This document shows positions 1-9,585 of a DNA stretch of 64,000 bases, piece by piece; positions within the stretch are counted from its first letter, which is position 1; each line of letters opens with the position of its first letter. Source of the stretch: Clostridiales bacterium. Lineage in GTDB: Bacteria; Bacillota; Clostridia; Saccharofermentanales; Saccharofermentanaceae. A program made the translations under genes and the position numbers. The notes below the pieces were generated by a model, which ran no database searches, was not told the origin of the DNA, and saw nothing but the letters and a program-made list of their open reading frames with translations. The DNA lies in assembly GCA_017940895.1 (NCBI GenBank), contig JAGAXM010000020.1, forward strand, positions 788 through 64,787. Direction: 5' to 3'.

Positions 1-693
1 AAAGTCTATGAATCAAGACCTGAAAGCCCGGAGATGCTTGGAAAGTGCCTGAGCGAGAGTATGTTATTTGATATAGATGATAAAGCGAAGTTTTATTATG
101 AAAAACTGCTGCAGATCGATATATCTCAATATGGCTTTGAAGCGCTAAAAGCGAGAGCTGAGTATGAACTGGTTGATCCGGTCTTTTACCAAGAATCTTT
201 GGTTCCGATTATTACGCGGTTGAAAGAGAATTATTCTGAAGATGAAGAGGGATGGTTGATGGAGGCAGTGTTTGAGGAGAAACTGAAACACTATGACAAG
301 GCTTGCGAATTGTTGGAAACGGCAAAAGACAATGTAAGGAATCCGTCTCAAATTGTTAAGAAGTTGATTGAGTTAAGAAGAAAAAGAGGAGAATACTCAG
401 AATGTCATAAATTGATTATGGAGTATTGTGATCTTCCCTGCAGATCGGATGATCTGTCTGATCAAAATAATGAGTATGAGGATATGTTTGTAGATTTGGA
501 AAGAATAAAAACCGGAGAACTGTTATCCCGGGTTTCTCAAGGTGCGAAGGTGGATGAGACTTCATATCTGAACATAATCAGGCGCTATGAAGAATTGTTG
601 GGGACATCAAGATACAGTGGTGAATACAGTAGCAGAGAAGTAAAAGATGCGATAGAGAGTCTGGAGAACTTAATAGAAGTTTTCGCGAAGTGA
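1..693 (+). CDS. Hypothetical helical (TPR-like) protein, 5' partial
   Basis: Frame 1 is open from position 1 with no stop before the ATG at 34. Helical-repeat-like segments (AKFYYEKLLQID, KACELLETA). AT-rich. Confidence 0.6.
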   Translation, partial: KVYESRPESPEMLGKCLSESMLFDIDDKAKFYYEKLLQIDISQYGFEALKARAEYELVDPVFYQESLVPIITRLKENYSEDEEGWLMEAVFEEKLKHYDKACELLETAKDNVRNPSQIVKKLIELRRKRGEYSECHKLIMEYCDLPCRSDDLSDQNNEYEDMFVDLERIKTGELLSRVSQGAKVDETSYLNIIRRYEELLGTSRYSGEYSSREVKDAIESLENLIEVFAK

Positions 694-721
694 AAGAGAG
701 TATGAATCAGGAGGTTTAAGA

Positions 722-1108
722 ATGAGCGGGACTAAAATGGCTTCCACTGGTTTGTTGATAATAGCACAGAGAAGCGGCAGCATGATCTGTACTTCTGTAG
801 ATCTCAATAATCAAATCCCCGACTGTTCGTCAATATCGGAAAACATAGAGGATGTTGTATCCGTAGTTCTGGTAACAGATGTTTATCATACTGATCTGTT
901 TGCAAGGTCAGATATAGGCAAAGCAGTTGTTTTCAACAGTTCGGTGCTGATGGATAAAGACGGGAAATGCGTTGAAAGACTCGATATCTTTAGCGGGAAA
1001 CGTAGAGGAAATCTGATGTATCTGAAAGTTTATGAGAATTCCGATATTGATTACAAAGAGTATTTCCGCATCCATAATCTGCCGACACCCGGATTTTACA
1101 TTGTGTAG
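722..1108 (+). CDS. Hypothetical protein
   Basis: 128-aa ORF with RBS AGGAGG just upstream; no recognisable motif. Confidence 0.6.
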   Translation: MSGTKMASTGLLIIAQRSGSMICTSVDLNNQIPDCSSISENIEDVVSVVLVTDVYHTDLFARSDIGKAVVFNSSVLMDKDGKCVERLDIFSGKRRGNLMYLKVYENSDIDYKEYFRIHNLPTPGFYIV

Positions 1109-1126
1109 TGCCACAGGAGCAAAAGT

Positions 1127-1852
1127 ATGAGTAATCGTAATTATATAAAAGATGAACAACTGCTGGATTATGTAAAGTTCCAGGCAAATAGGATTGATAA
1201 CGGATTTACCGAGGAGGAGTTAAGTCGGGTAGATTCGGTTTTTATGGATTATCATGAGCCGGTCACTCCTTGTTGGTTGCACGAAACCAAGCCCCTGAAG
1301 AAACTCAAGGAAGTGACAATAAGGTTCGCCGGGATCTCTGATGTACACTATGATCAGTTTAAAGAACATGAGAATCTTGAAGAAGTGACTCTTGATAATT
1401 GCAGCGTTTGGAATCCGCATAGATTGGCAGAACTTAATCTTAAGAGTCTGACATTATACAATTGTCATATAGAGGATTATTCTTTTATTAGTAAGATGAG
1501 TGAATTGCGTCATCTGACGATAGTTCATGATAATGTTGATGCCGGTGTTATAAATACACTTAAAAATCTGGAGTATCTGAATATCTCGTCTTCAACGATT
1601 AATAATTATGAAGAATTGAATCTTCGTTCGTTGCGTGATTTATATATAGATGGTTCTAATATAAAGAATTTGAAGTTTTTAAGGAGGATGCCGAAGCTTG
1701 AGACTTTGGGTATTGATGAAGACCAATACTTTCAGAATAAGTTCCGAATCATCTTTATGGTTTTAAAAAGAGTTGAAGTCCTTCTGGACGGTCTGATAGA
1801 TTTGGGTTCTCTGATTCGAAGTGCTCCTTGGGATTGGTTGAAGTCAGCATGA
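1127..1852 (+). CDS. Leucine-rich-repeat protein
   Basis: Repeated LxxLxLxxC/N units (LEEVTLDNC, LKSLTLYNC, LRHLTI, LEYLNISS, LRDLYIDGSNI, LETLGID); RBS AGGAG. Confidence 0.75.
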   Translation: MSNRNYIKDEQLLDYVKFQANRIDNGFTEEELSRVDSVFMDYHEPVTPCWLHETKPLKKLKEVTIRFAGISDVHYDQFKEHENLEEVTLDNCSVWNPHRLAELNLKSLTLYNCHIEDYSFISKMSELRHLTIVHDNVDAGVINTLKNLEYLNISSSTINNYEELNLRSLRDLYIDGSNIKNLKFLRRMPKLETLGIDEDQYFQNKFRIIFMVLKRVEVLLDGLIDLGSLIRSAPWDWLKSA

Positions 1853-2538
1853 TATATTTGACAGGCGATAAACACGGATGGCTCGGGGTTCGCGACCTGG
1901 ATGCCGGAAACTGGCCTGAAGGGCAGTCTCTGACCAAGGATGATGTCCTGATAATCCTTGGCGAGATCGGTATAGGCATGTATAAGGATCCCGACAGGAA
2001 CAATAAGTTGATTCAGTATTACGAATCGCAGCCGTGGCTGACCGCTTTTGTTGACGGCAACCATGACGCTTTTCCTTTCATTAACAGTTTTCCTGTAAGC
2101 GAGTGGAACGGCGGCAAGGTGCACCGCATCGCAGATAACGTAATACATCTCAAGCGAGGGTAGGTTTTTACCATTGAAGGGAAAAAGCTTTTCGTTATGG
2201 GAGGCGCCCAATCTACTGACCGCTGCGAGGGTGAGTATTGGTTCCCGGAAGAATTGCCTTCGCAGGAGGAATATGACGAGGCGGAACGTAATCTTAAAAG
2301 TAACGGTTACAGTGTCGACTGCATACTGACACACACGTGCAGTGTTAATCAGCTTGCAAGCCTCTATGGAACACAAACGGCAATGAACTCGCCTGATCCG
2401 CTTTCGTGGTATTTCAGAGACCTCGAAAAGAAGGTGTCGTTCAGCATGTGGGCTTACGGGCACCACCACAGAGACGAGCGCGTGGATGATCGTCATGTTG
2501 CTTTGTGCCATAATATCTTCAGGTTAACGATACCTTAA
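1849..2538 (+). pseudogene. Calcineurin-like metallophosphoesterase interrupted by one in-frame TAG (2161-2163)
   Basis: Motifs GDKHG, GEIG (usually GD), DGNHD, THT and GHHH lie in one frame across ORFs 1828-2163 and 2197-2538. The sequence reads LKRG*VFTIEGKKLFVMGGA. The ATG at 1849 overlaps the upstream stop (ATGA). Confidence 0.8.
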
Positions 2539-2611
2539 TATATTGTTCACGTTGTGGACAGACGGGTTGCATATAATTCTCATAGGAATTTGATTATAAG
2601 GAGAATTTGTT

Positions 2612-3856
2612 ATGGACTACAGATCTATGGTCAACCCGACTTTTCTTACGGCCAAGTCTACACTTTATATGCTCGCGGCGGCGGGCAACGAGGATGCCAA
2701 GAAGGTAATAGAGGCTCTCGGTACACAGGATGTAATGAGCGCGGATTCCAAGAAGAACGAGGGAGAGAAGTCTCCGATGTCTGAGGCGGACAGTAATGCT
2801 TTCCTGGCGGGCGTCACACTCGCTGTTGAAGCCCGTTACGCGGCGCTGTCACACTATATAAACTCCAACGGTGTTAAGAATCTTCTCGATATAGCATGCG
2901 GGTACACTCCTCGTTCAGTATATTGCAGTAAGAACGGAGTCGACTATGTCGGCGTGGACGTTCCGGTAGTTGCAGAGGAGTTGCAGAAGTTCGCAGCCGA
3001 GGCGGGGATCGTAAAAGATCATCCCGTATATGTCGGAGGAGATGCGACGAACGAGGCTTCGCTTAAGGCAGCCGCGGATAATCTTGACGGTGAGATTCTG
3101 ATCTCTTGTGAAGGTCTTACGGGCTACCTTTCGTCAGATGAGGCGGATCAGTTCTTTAACGGTATCAGGGAGCTCCTTAAGGCTCACGGCGGCGCGTGGG
3201 TAACTTCGGATTTCGGCGTGGATTATGAGGCTTTTGCCACAGTCAACATGACAAGTCCAGATGCAGTTAAGATCTACCGGGAATCCAAGAATAAGTCCAT
3301 GAAGGCATTCAATGTCTATAATGACGGCGTGTCGTACTGGGACGAGGACAAGATTACGGCGTTCATTAATGATCACGGTCTTCTTGTGGAGAAGCTGCCG
3401 TTCTATTATGAAGGCGAGGATCTTAATATCTTAAGTCCGCTTCCGGAGCCGTGGAAGGACAGTTTCATGAATCTTCTTAAGTCTTCGACAGTTTGGAAGA
3501 TGACCGTGGATCCCGCTTTTAAGGGTGAGACGGCAGTTGAGGGTGCAACCGAAGTCGATAATCTCAAGATCGATTACGTTAAGCACGGTGGCGTGCTCGA
3601 GTGCAAGATCAAGGGTCGTATCGACACGATAAGTTCGCCTGCGCTGCTTGAGGTTTTTGATAAGAATTACGACGGCATTCACAAGATCGTGATCGACGGC
3701 ACGGAACTTCAGTACGTTTCTTCCGCGGGCTTGAGAGTTATGCTGATGGCGGTTAAGAGGCTCGGCGACGGATCTGTCAGCATCGATAATGCGTCGGATG
3801 AAGTAAAAGAGATCTTCGATACGACAGGCTTCAGCGAGCTGATAATATTTAATTAA
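2612..3856 (+). CDS. Class I SAM-dependent methyltransferase (LCM/TcmP-like) fused to a C-terminal STAS (anti-anti-sigma) domain
   Basis: Motif I LDIACGY, post-I YVGVDVPVV, ISCEGLTGYL. C-terminal IKGRIDTISSP...YVSSAGLR...VKEIFDTTGF is STAS-like. Confidence 0.75.
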   Translation: MDYRSMVNPTFLTAKSTLYMLAAAGNEDAKKVIEALGTQDVMSADSKKNEGEKSPMSEADSNAFLAGVTLAVEARYAALSHYINSNGVKNLLDIACGYTPRSVYCSKNGVDYVGVDVPVVAEELQKFAAEAGIVKDHPVYVGGDATNEASLKAAADNLDGEILISCEGLTGYLSSDEADQFFNGIRELLKAHGGAWVTSDFGVDYEAFATVNMTSPDAVKIYRESKNKSMKAFNVYNDGVSYWDEDKITAFINDHGLLVEKLPFYYEGEDLNILSPLPEPWKDSFMNLLKSSTVWKMTVDPAFKGETAVEGATEVDNLKIDYVKHGGVLECKIKGRIDTISSPALLEVFDKNYDGIHKIVIDGTELQYVSSAGLRVMLMAVKRLGDGSVSIDNASDEVKEIFDTTGFSELIIFN

Positions 3857-3873
3857 ACTAAGGAAGAATTGCT

Positions 3874-4161
3874 GTGGCGATAAAAGCAAATGAAACAGAC
3901 GGGAATCTCGTTATCAGCCTTGAGGGCTTTACTGAGGATGAGATCAGGCTGATCTGGGACGTATACCTTCGAAGCTATCTTGAGACTGATGATGGGGATA
4001 AGCTCGCTGCTGCCGAGCGCCAGATCTCCGCGGTGCCTGCGGCAAGATCACTGTTCGCATCAGTCTTCGAGCCCGGCGTGATAAGTCCCGAGAGGCTTGA
4101 AGTTCTTAAGGGCATCGCTTTATCATATGTTGACGAAGGTGTGGAGCCGATCGAATTCTGA
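3874..4161 (+). CDS. Hypothetical protein
   Basis: 95-aa ORF, GTG start, RBS AAGGA, co-oriented with neighbours. Confidence 0.55.
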   Translation: MAIKANETDGNLVISLEGFTEDEIRLIWDVYLRSYLETDDGDKLAAAERQISAVPAARSLFASVFEPGVISPERLEVLKGIALSYVDEGVEPIEF

Positions 4162-4179
4162 TACCCGGAGTGTTCTGAA

Positions 4180-4842
4180 ATGAGATTGATCTTTATCCGC
4201 CACGGCGATCCTGATTATGAGAAGGACGATCTGACGCCGGCAGGTGTGGTGCAGGCGCGACTTGTCGCTGAGAGACTGTGTGACGAAGGCATCGAAGAGA
4301 TCTGGACTTCGTCTCACGGTCGTGCGGTTAATACCGCGAAGTTCACTTCTGATCTGCTCGGGCTTCCGTTCAAGTCCGTTGATTTTATTCGTGAGGTCAC
4401 TTGGGGCAGCAGGGACGGCGATCCCGTATATGCGGACGGGCACCCGTGGGACATAGCCGACGAGATGGCGGTGCAGGGGATGAACCTGAACGATCCCGCC
4501 TGGCGCGATAATCCTTACTTTAAGAACAACACCGTACTTAACTCTGTGGATACCATCGAGACCGAGATTGACGCTTGGCTTGCGGACCACGGATACGTGC
4601 GCCGAGGTTTGTACTACGATCATGTCGTTGAGGAGGACCGCCACCGGACGATTGCCATGTTCTGCCACGGCGGATCGATGAGTGCCGCGATCGGTCATAT
4701 AATGAATCTTCCTTTCCCATATTGCTGCGCGATGCTTCATATGAATTTTACGGGCGTCACGATTCTCAGGTTTGATAAAGGGCTTGGGGCGTGCAAATTA
4801 CCGTGTCTGGAGCTTGTTAATGATGTTCGGCACTTGCTTTAG
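4180..4842 (+). CDS. Histidine phosphatase (phosphoglycerate mutase) family protein
   Basis: RHG motif (LIFIRHGDP), SSHGRA..TA, CHGG. Confidence 0.9.
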   Translation: MRLIFIRHGDPDYEKDDLTPAGVVQARLVAERLCDEGIEEIWTSSHGRAVNTAKFTSDLLGLPFKSVDFIREVTWGSRDGDPVYADGHPWDIADEMAVQGMNLNDPAWRDNPYFKNNTVLNSVDTIETEIDAWLADHGYVRRGLYYDHVVEEDRHRTIAMFCHGGSMSAAIGHIMNLPFPYCCAMLHMNFTGVTILRFDKGLGACKLPCLELVNDVRHLL

Positions 4843-4876
4843 TGCACCTTTTCGAGCAGTAAAGAAAAAGGTGCAC
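4842..4876. repeat. Palindromic hairpin, probable terminator; related copy at 31431-31462
   Basis: GTGCACCTTTT...AAAAGGTGCAC inverted repeat directly after the stop codon. Confidence 0.55.
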
Positions 4877-5066
4877 GGCGGCGCACCCACAGCAGTTTAT
4901 TGGTATAATGAAGGTTGTCAAAGTGTGAGAGGATCTTCAATGAGCAATAAGAAACTTTGTATAATCTCGCTTCTGTGTAGTTTTGTGTTGCCGATAGGCT
5001 CGAACTTCTGATTAGGTTTATCTTCCGTTGCATAATAAGTGATCGATAATTATAATTATTAGGCTC

Positions 5067-5149
5067 GCGGGTGTGATGGAATTGGCAGACATGCCAGATT
5101 TAGGTTCTGGTGAGCGATCGTGCAGGTTCGACCCCTGTCACCCGCACCA
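5067..5149 (+). tRNA. tRNA-Leu (anticodon UAG)
   Basis: GCGGGTG acceptor stem pairs with CACCCGC, followed by ACCA. D-loop GGAATTGGCAGAC; anticodon stem CCAGA/TCTGG with loop TTTAGGT; long variable arm; GGTTCGAC T-loop. Confidence 0.97.
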
Positions 5150-5183
5150 ACTCTTCATGATTATCGTCGTGGAGAGTTTTTTA
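5150..5183 (+). terminator. Intrinsic terminator after the tRNA
   Basis: ACTCTTCATGA-loop-TCGTGGAGAGT followed by a T-run. Confidence 0.7.
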
Positions 5184-5322
5184 TTGTTTACAACATCTTG
5201 ATGAATTCGATTGAAATATGATGCGATGTTTGAATTAATAATAGAATTGCAGGAAGTTCCAATGAAAAGAATTGTCGCTCTTGTAATGATTGAGTCAATT
5301 GGAATTGCTTGATTACTGAGAG

Positions 5323-5439
5323 TGTTCCCCATTAAGACCTCGATTCGAGGTCAAAACGAGTATTAGTTAGGGAATAGAGGGGGTCTATTCCCTATGAACC
5401 CGTCTATTTGGGGGCAAATCGGGCGGTGTGTGGGGAACA
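5323..5439. repeat. MITE/REP-like modular element, copy 1 (2 units)
   Basis: Terminal inverted repeats TGTTCCCCA/TGGGGAACA; internal palindromes GACCTCG..CGAGGTC and TAGGGAATAG..CTATTCCCTA; homologous to 9338-9516 and 53276-53390. Confidence 0.8.
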
Positions 5440-5484
5440 GGTGCATCCGGTGCTATAATGATTCCCGCAAGGGAGGATATTAGT

Positions 5485-5859
5485 ATGAGAATTGTCGGAA
5501 ATCTTCTGTGGTTTATTTTCGGCGGTTTTATCGCTTTTTTTGAGCTGCTGGTGGCGGGACTTTTGTGCTGCATCACGATCGTGGGCATTCCGTTCGGCGT
5601 TCAGTGCTTTAAGCTGGCGGGACTCGCGGCTGCGCCCTTCGGTAAGGACGTTAAGTATAACGTGGGCTTCACGGCGACGCTCGGCAACATCCTGTGGATC
5701 ATATTCGTAGGATGGGAGACTGCTCTGACGGACCTTGTTATCGGCGCGGTGCTCTGCCTTACGATCATCGGAATTCCTCTGGGAAAGCAGTTCTTCAAGC
5801 TCGCGGCAGTATCTTTCATGCCGTTCGGCTCGGACATCAGCGTTAAGCACGTGCTCTGA
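5485..5859 (+). CDS. yccF: YccF-domain inner membrane protein
   Basis: Two repeats of GN(L/I)LW..F.G...C.TI(V/I)GIP.G.Q.FKLA....PFG; RBS GGAGG. Confidence 0.9.
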   Translation: MRIVGNLLWFIFGGFIAFFELLVAGLLCCITIVGIPFGVQCFKLAGLAAAPFGKDVKYNVGFTATLGNILWIIFVGWETALTDLVIGAVLCLTIIGIPLGKQFFKLAAVSFMPFGSDISVKHVL

Positions 5860-5881
5860 TCTGTACGGGAAAGAGGTGAAC

Positions 5882-7606
5882 ATGGGCAGGAAGAAGCGCG
5901 AAAAGAAACCGCTCAGTAAAGGAAGAAGAATTTTTAGACGCATCCTGCTCATAACGGGTGCGGTATTCCTGTTTATCATTCTGCTGGCTGAGATCCTCTT
6001 TGGTCCGTTCCTTTACAGATATCTGTTCACCCAATACAGCTATAAAGTAAATACAGTCGAGACTTCGCTTACGGCGGAGCAAAGGCTTTCCGACTTCGAC
6101 TATATGTATGAGGTCGTCTGCAGGGAACATCCGAGCAGGGGATTGTATGAGCAGGCCTACGGGATCTCTTATGATGATGAGTATAACAGGTACCGTGAAC
6201 TGATCTTAAACTGCGACAGTGACTTCGAGTATCTTTCGTATCTTACGTGCTTCCTGAGGATCCTTCCCGGACAGCATAATTACATGACTATACCGAATTA
6301 TACTAACTGTGCCGTGAACGGAATGTTCTCACTCACGGATATATACGGCTGTCAGGATGTAAGAGACTACGCGTATTCCTGGCAGGCTGATTTTCGAGAC
6401 GATGTGGAAGGTTACCTTGATTACAATATCACGGGTTTCAAATATGTCGACGGTGTTTACATTAATGTGGATCTGTCAGCGGCAGTGAATAACAGCAGGG
6501 ATTATCCCTATGCTCAGCTTATAAGTCTTGACGGTAAAGATCCCGCGGATATGTGCTTTGAGTTTTTATCGACGCATGTGCCGCATTATGACAGCGGTAA
6601 TGAACGTTTCTACAGACCGGTTCTTTACTTTAATGACGGTATAGGTATCAGGCATGAGGCTGAACTTCTGTTGACGGACGGCGAGACGATTACCATTGAT
6701 CTGTATGAAGATCCGGCGTTCAATCTCGCGATCTCGGACGGCGCTTCATCGTATCCGGATCTTTTCGGGAGGGATGCAGGAGGATATTCTGAAGACGCGC
6801 AGGCAGAAGTTATAACGGATATCTGGGACAATAATTATGTCCCGTCGACTTACCGCATTTACACGGACGCAGGAAGGCATCTCGTATACCTCGATTCGCT
6901 GTCGTGCGATACGACAGAAGGTGAGAGGCTTGTAAGAGATCTTACGGACGCATTGAACGAGGTTGATGCAGATACTGTTATTCTTGATGTGCGTTCGAAC
7001 GGAGGCGGGTCGTCGAGCTTTGTCACGGATCAATTGCTTCCCGTGCTGTTTTCCCACGATGTCGAGTTCAGATATGAAGTTGTCGGCGATAAGAATGACA
7101 ATACAAGGCACTTCTATAATGTTCCGTTCTATTATTTTTATAATCTGCTTGCGTCCGGAAGTCCCGTAAGGACTGATGCCGATAACTTCTATGTAGAGGA
7201 GGACATGAGCATCGAAGGCCGTGCTGAAGGCGATTACAGGATATATGTGCTTACATCCCAGGATACATTCTCTTCCGGCGATATAATTGCACGTCTGTGT
7301 TTGCTGTACGATAATGCGACGGTCATCGGTACCAACACTGGAGGCGAGGGGATCTGCGGAAGTCCTTTCAACTGCTATCTTCCCGAGAGCCGGTTTATGT
7401 TCAATTACACGCCTTCGATGAATGTCGAATATCCCGAGGACAACGTATATGGTACAGAGCCTGATATCTATATTCCTTTTACTGTCGACGAGTGTATGCG
7501 CAGGGCGGAACTCAGGGGCGAGGGCGTTGATTATTACTCCTATGAGTCGCGGCTTGAGTGGGATCAGACTCTGATCGCTGCCGTGGAAATGGCTGACAAC
7601 TCATAA
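5882..7606 (+). CDS. Membrane-anchored S41 family peptidase
   Basis: N-terminal basic patch plus TM; ILDVRSNGGG, VLTSQDTFSSGD, IGTNTGG motifs; RBS GAGGTG. Confidence 0.8.
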   Translation: MGRKKREKKPLSKGRRIFRRILLITGAVFLFIILLAEILFGPFLYRYLFTQYSYKVNTVETSLTAEQRLSDFDYMYEVVCREHPSRGLYEQAYGISYDDEYNRYRELILNCDSDFEYLSYLTCFLRILPGQHNYMTIPNYTNCAVNGMFSLTDIYGCQDVRDYAYSWQADFRDDVEGYLDYNITGFKYVDGVYINVDLSAAVNNSRDYPYAQLISLDGKDPADMCFEFLSTHVPHYDSGNERFYRPVLYFNDGIGIRHEAELLLTDGETITIDLYEDPAFNLAISDGASSYPDLFGRDAGGYSEDAQAEVITDIWDNNYVPSTYRIYTDAGRHLVYLDSLSCDTTEGERLVRDLTDALNEVDADTVILDVRSNGGGSSSFVTDQLLPVLFSHDVEFRYEVVGDKNDNTRHFYNVPFYYFYNLLASGSPVRTDADNFYVEEDMSIEGRAEGDYRIYVLTSQDTFSSGDIIARLCLLYDNATVIGTNTGGEGICGSPFNCYLPESRFMFNYTPSMNVEYPEDNVYGTEPDIYIPFTVDECMRRAELRGEGVDYYSYESRLEWDQTLIAAVEMADNS

Positions 7607-7672
7607 AGTAAATTTAACGAAAATTAACAACCTCAAAACTTAATCAAAACATCATTTTGCTACTATTATGTT

Positions 7673-9130
7673 ATGAGTTTTGATCTGAGCTTAAGTAATC
7701 TCATAAATGTATTCTTTATTGCTGCCGGTATCGGAATATGCGGCATGAGTTTTCTTCATGTGAGCTCCGGCATACATATTCGTAAGGAAATTAAGAAGTA
7801 TTTCCAACTGTTCTTTACGCTTATAAATATCTATCTGATGATGCATTTCTTCCGCATGCTGATGGAGGGACATACCGAAGCGGCATATGTTTACGGCATC
7901 CGCACGGTAACTTTCCTGGAGTTCCTCGTATCGGGCTTCATGATATATATGCTGTCGCTGCTGATCCTCTTCATCGCGCAGCCGGGAAAACTCGGGAGGA
8001 TAATGAATTACAGCTTCCTGGGATTGCTCGTGGTGCACGTGATCGGCCTTATCATCTCGCAGTTTACGCACTTCTACTACTTCTTTGATGAGCTTAATTT
8101 CTACCAAAGAGGCAGGGGATACGCGATGTCGAATGTCATGCATATCCTGATGCTCGTGCAGAACATTTTCCTGCTGTCTAAGTACAGATCTAAGTTCGAC
8201 AAAAGGCTTTTCTCCGCGCTGTGGATATATCTTCTCGCGCCCTTGGGTGCCATCGCTGTTCAGCTTATCGTTCAGGACATTCAGTTCATCATCCTGATGA
8301 CGGTCATCTCCGCGGCGTACCTGTGCTACGTCATAATCCAGATCCAGACCGAGAAGTATGAGAGCCAGCAGAAGGAGAAGCAGAGGCTCGACACCGAGCT
8401 TACCATGGCCACCAAGATCCAGGCGGAGACGCTGCCGAGTATCTTCCCGGCCTTTCCTGACCGAAAAGAATTCAACATCTTCGCCTCCATGAAGCCCGCA
8501 AAGGAAGTCGGCGGTGACTTCTACGATTTCTTCCTTATCGATGAGAAGCACCTGGGACTTGTAATCGCGGACGTATCCGGCAAGGGCGTTCCCGCGGCTT
8601 TGTTCATGATGGTATCGAAGATTCTTATTCAGAACTGCGCGCTCATCGGCTATGAGCCCTCGAAGGTGCTTGAGCTTGTTAACCAGCAGATCTGTGCGAA
8701 TAACCCCGAGAGGATGTTCGTTACGGTATGGTACGGATGTCTTGATCTTGAGACGGGTAATCTCAAGGCGGCAAACGCCGGTCACGAGTATCCGGTATTA
8801 AAGACTCCGGACGGTCATTTCTCGCTGGTCAAGGATAAGCACGGTCTTGTTATCGGAGCGATGGCGAATAAGAAATACAGGGAGTATGAGCTTCAGATGG
8901 ATCCCGGGGCCAAGCTGTTTGTTTACACGGACGGTATACCCGAGGCTACTGATGCCAATAATGAGCTTTACGGTACGGACAGACTTGTGGAGGTGCTTCG
9001 CGCTAATGAGGACAAGAAACCGAACGAGATTCTTCCGGCTGTAACTTCTTCTGTGGAAAGCTTCGTGAAGGAAGCACCGCAGTTTGATGATATGACGATG
9101 TTATGTATCGAATATAAAGGTTGTAACTAA
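7673..9130 (+). CDS. Multi-TM sensor fused to a PP2C/SpoIIE (RsbU-like) phosphatase
   Basis: About 7 hydrophobic segments, then EVGGDFYD, IADVSGKG, NAGH, YTDG and DDMT motifs. Confidence 0.9.
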   Translation: MSFDLSLSNLINVFFIAAGIGICGMSFLHVSSGIHIRKEIKKYFQLFFTLINIYLMMHFFRMLMEGHTEAAYVYGIRTVTFLEFLVSGFMIYMLSLLILFIAQPGKLGRIMNYSFLGLLVVHVIGLIISQFTHFYYFFDELNFYQRGRGYAMSNVMHILMLVQNIFLLSKYRSKFDKRLFSALWIYLLAPLGAIAVQLIVQDIQFIILMTVISAAYLCYVIIQIQTEKYESQQKEKQRLDTELTMATKIQAETLPSIFPAFPDRKEFNIFASMKPAKEVGGDFYDFFLIDEKHLGLVIADVSGKGVPAALFMMVSKILIQNCALIGYEPSKVLELVNQQICANNPERMFVTVWYGCLDLETGNLKAANAGHEYPVLKTPDGHFSLVKDKHGLVIGAMANKKYREYELQMDPGAKLFVYTDGIPEATDANNELYGTDRLVEVLRANEDKKPNEILPAVTSSVESFVKEAPQFDDMTMLCIEYKGCN

Positions 9131-9337
9131 GGAGACACTATCGGGTACATCATCGCGATCTTCCTTCCTCTGACGGTCAAGATCATTAATAAGAGCGACG
9201 TTAAGTAACAAGGATAACCGTAAGATCATTTACTTCAGATTCGCAAGCCACGAACCTTTGATGCTTCGGAGTATCGTACAGCTCTGAGAATGGCGATCGA
9301 GACAAATATCGATGATCTGCTGCTTGATCGCTGAAAG

Positions 9338-9516
9338 TGTTCCCCAGAATGACATCATTTGGGGTCAAAGTGTGCATTGGTTAGGGAATAAGGGGGGTCT
9401 ATTCCCTAGAAAGACCTCGTTTTGAGGTCAAAATGAGCTCCAGTTAGGGAACAGAGGGGGGTCATTCCCCATAAACCAGTCAAAACGGAGCCGAATCGGG
9501 CACTAGTTGGGGAACA
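9338..9516. repeat. MITE/REP-like modular element, copy 2 (3 units)
   Basis: Same terminal IR TGTTCCCCA/TGGGGAACA; 62 bp longer than copy 1, i.e. one extra unit. Confidence 0.8.
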
Positions 9517-9585
9517 TGTTATAATATCTTCCTAAGCTAAGATATCTGTCCACATTACACTACAAGCAGGGTATGCCGCTTCTTA

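Noticed and set aside
722-1108. Resemblance to gyrase C-terminal beta-pinwheel repeats
   Set aside because: Only a vague hydrophobic pattern; not supportable without a profile search.
2161-2163. Genome-wide TAG reassignment or pyrrolysine
   Set aside because: Only one such case in about 55 genes, TAG terminates the gene at 4842, and no pyl genes or tRNA-CUA are in the window. The tRNA found has anticodon UAG (Leu), not CUA.
7691-8785. 364-aa antisense ORF, plus many other long antisense/overlapping ORFs in the track (e.g. 1732-2511, 24683-25507, 35594-36523, 37685-38440)
   Set aside because: They lie opposite well-supported genes. Third-position codon bias on the sense strand depletes antisense stops, and they have no RBS or motifs.
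5323-9516. Possible CRISPR arrays in the ~62-bp periodic repeats
   Set aside because: Only 2-3 units each, the inter-repeat segments are homologous to each other rather than unique spacers, half-sites alternate in orientation, and there are no cas genes.
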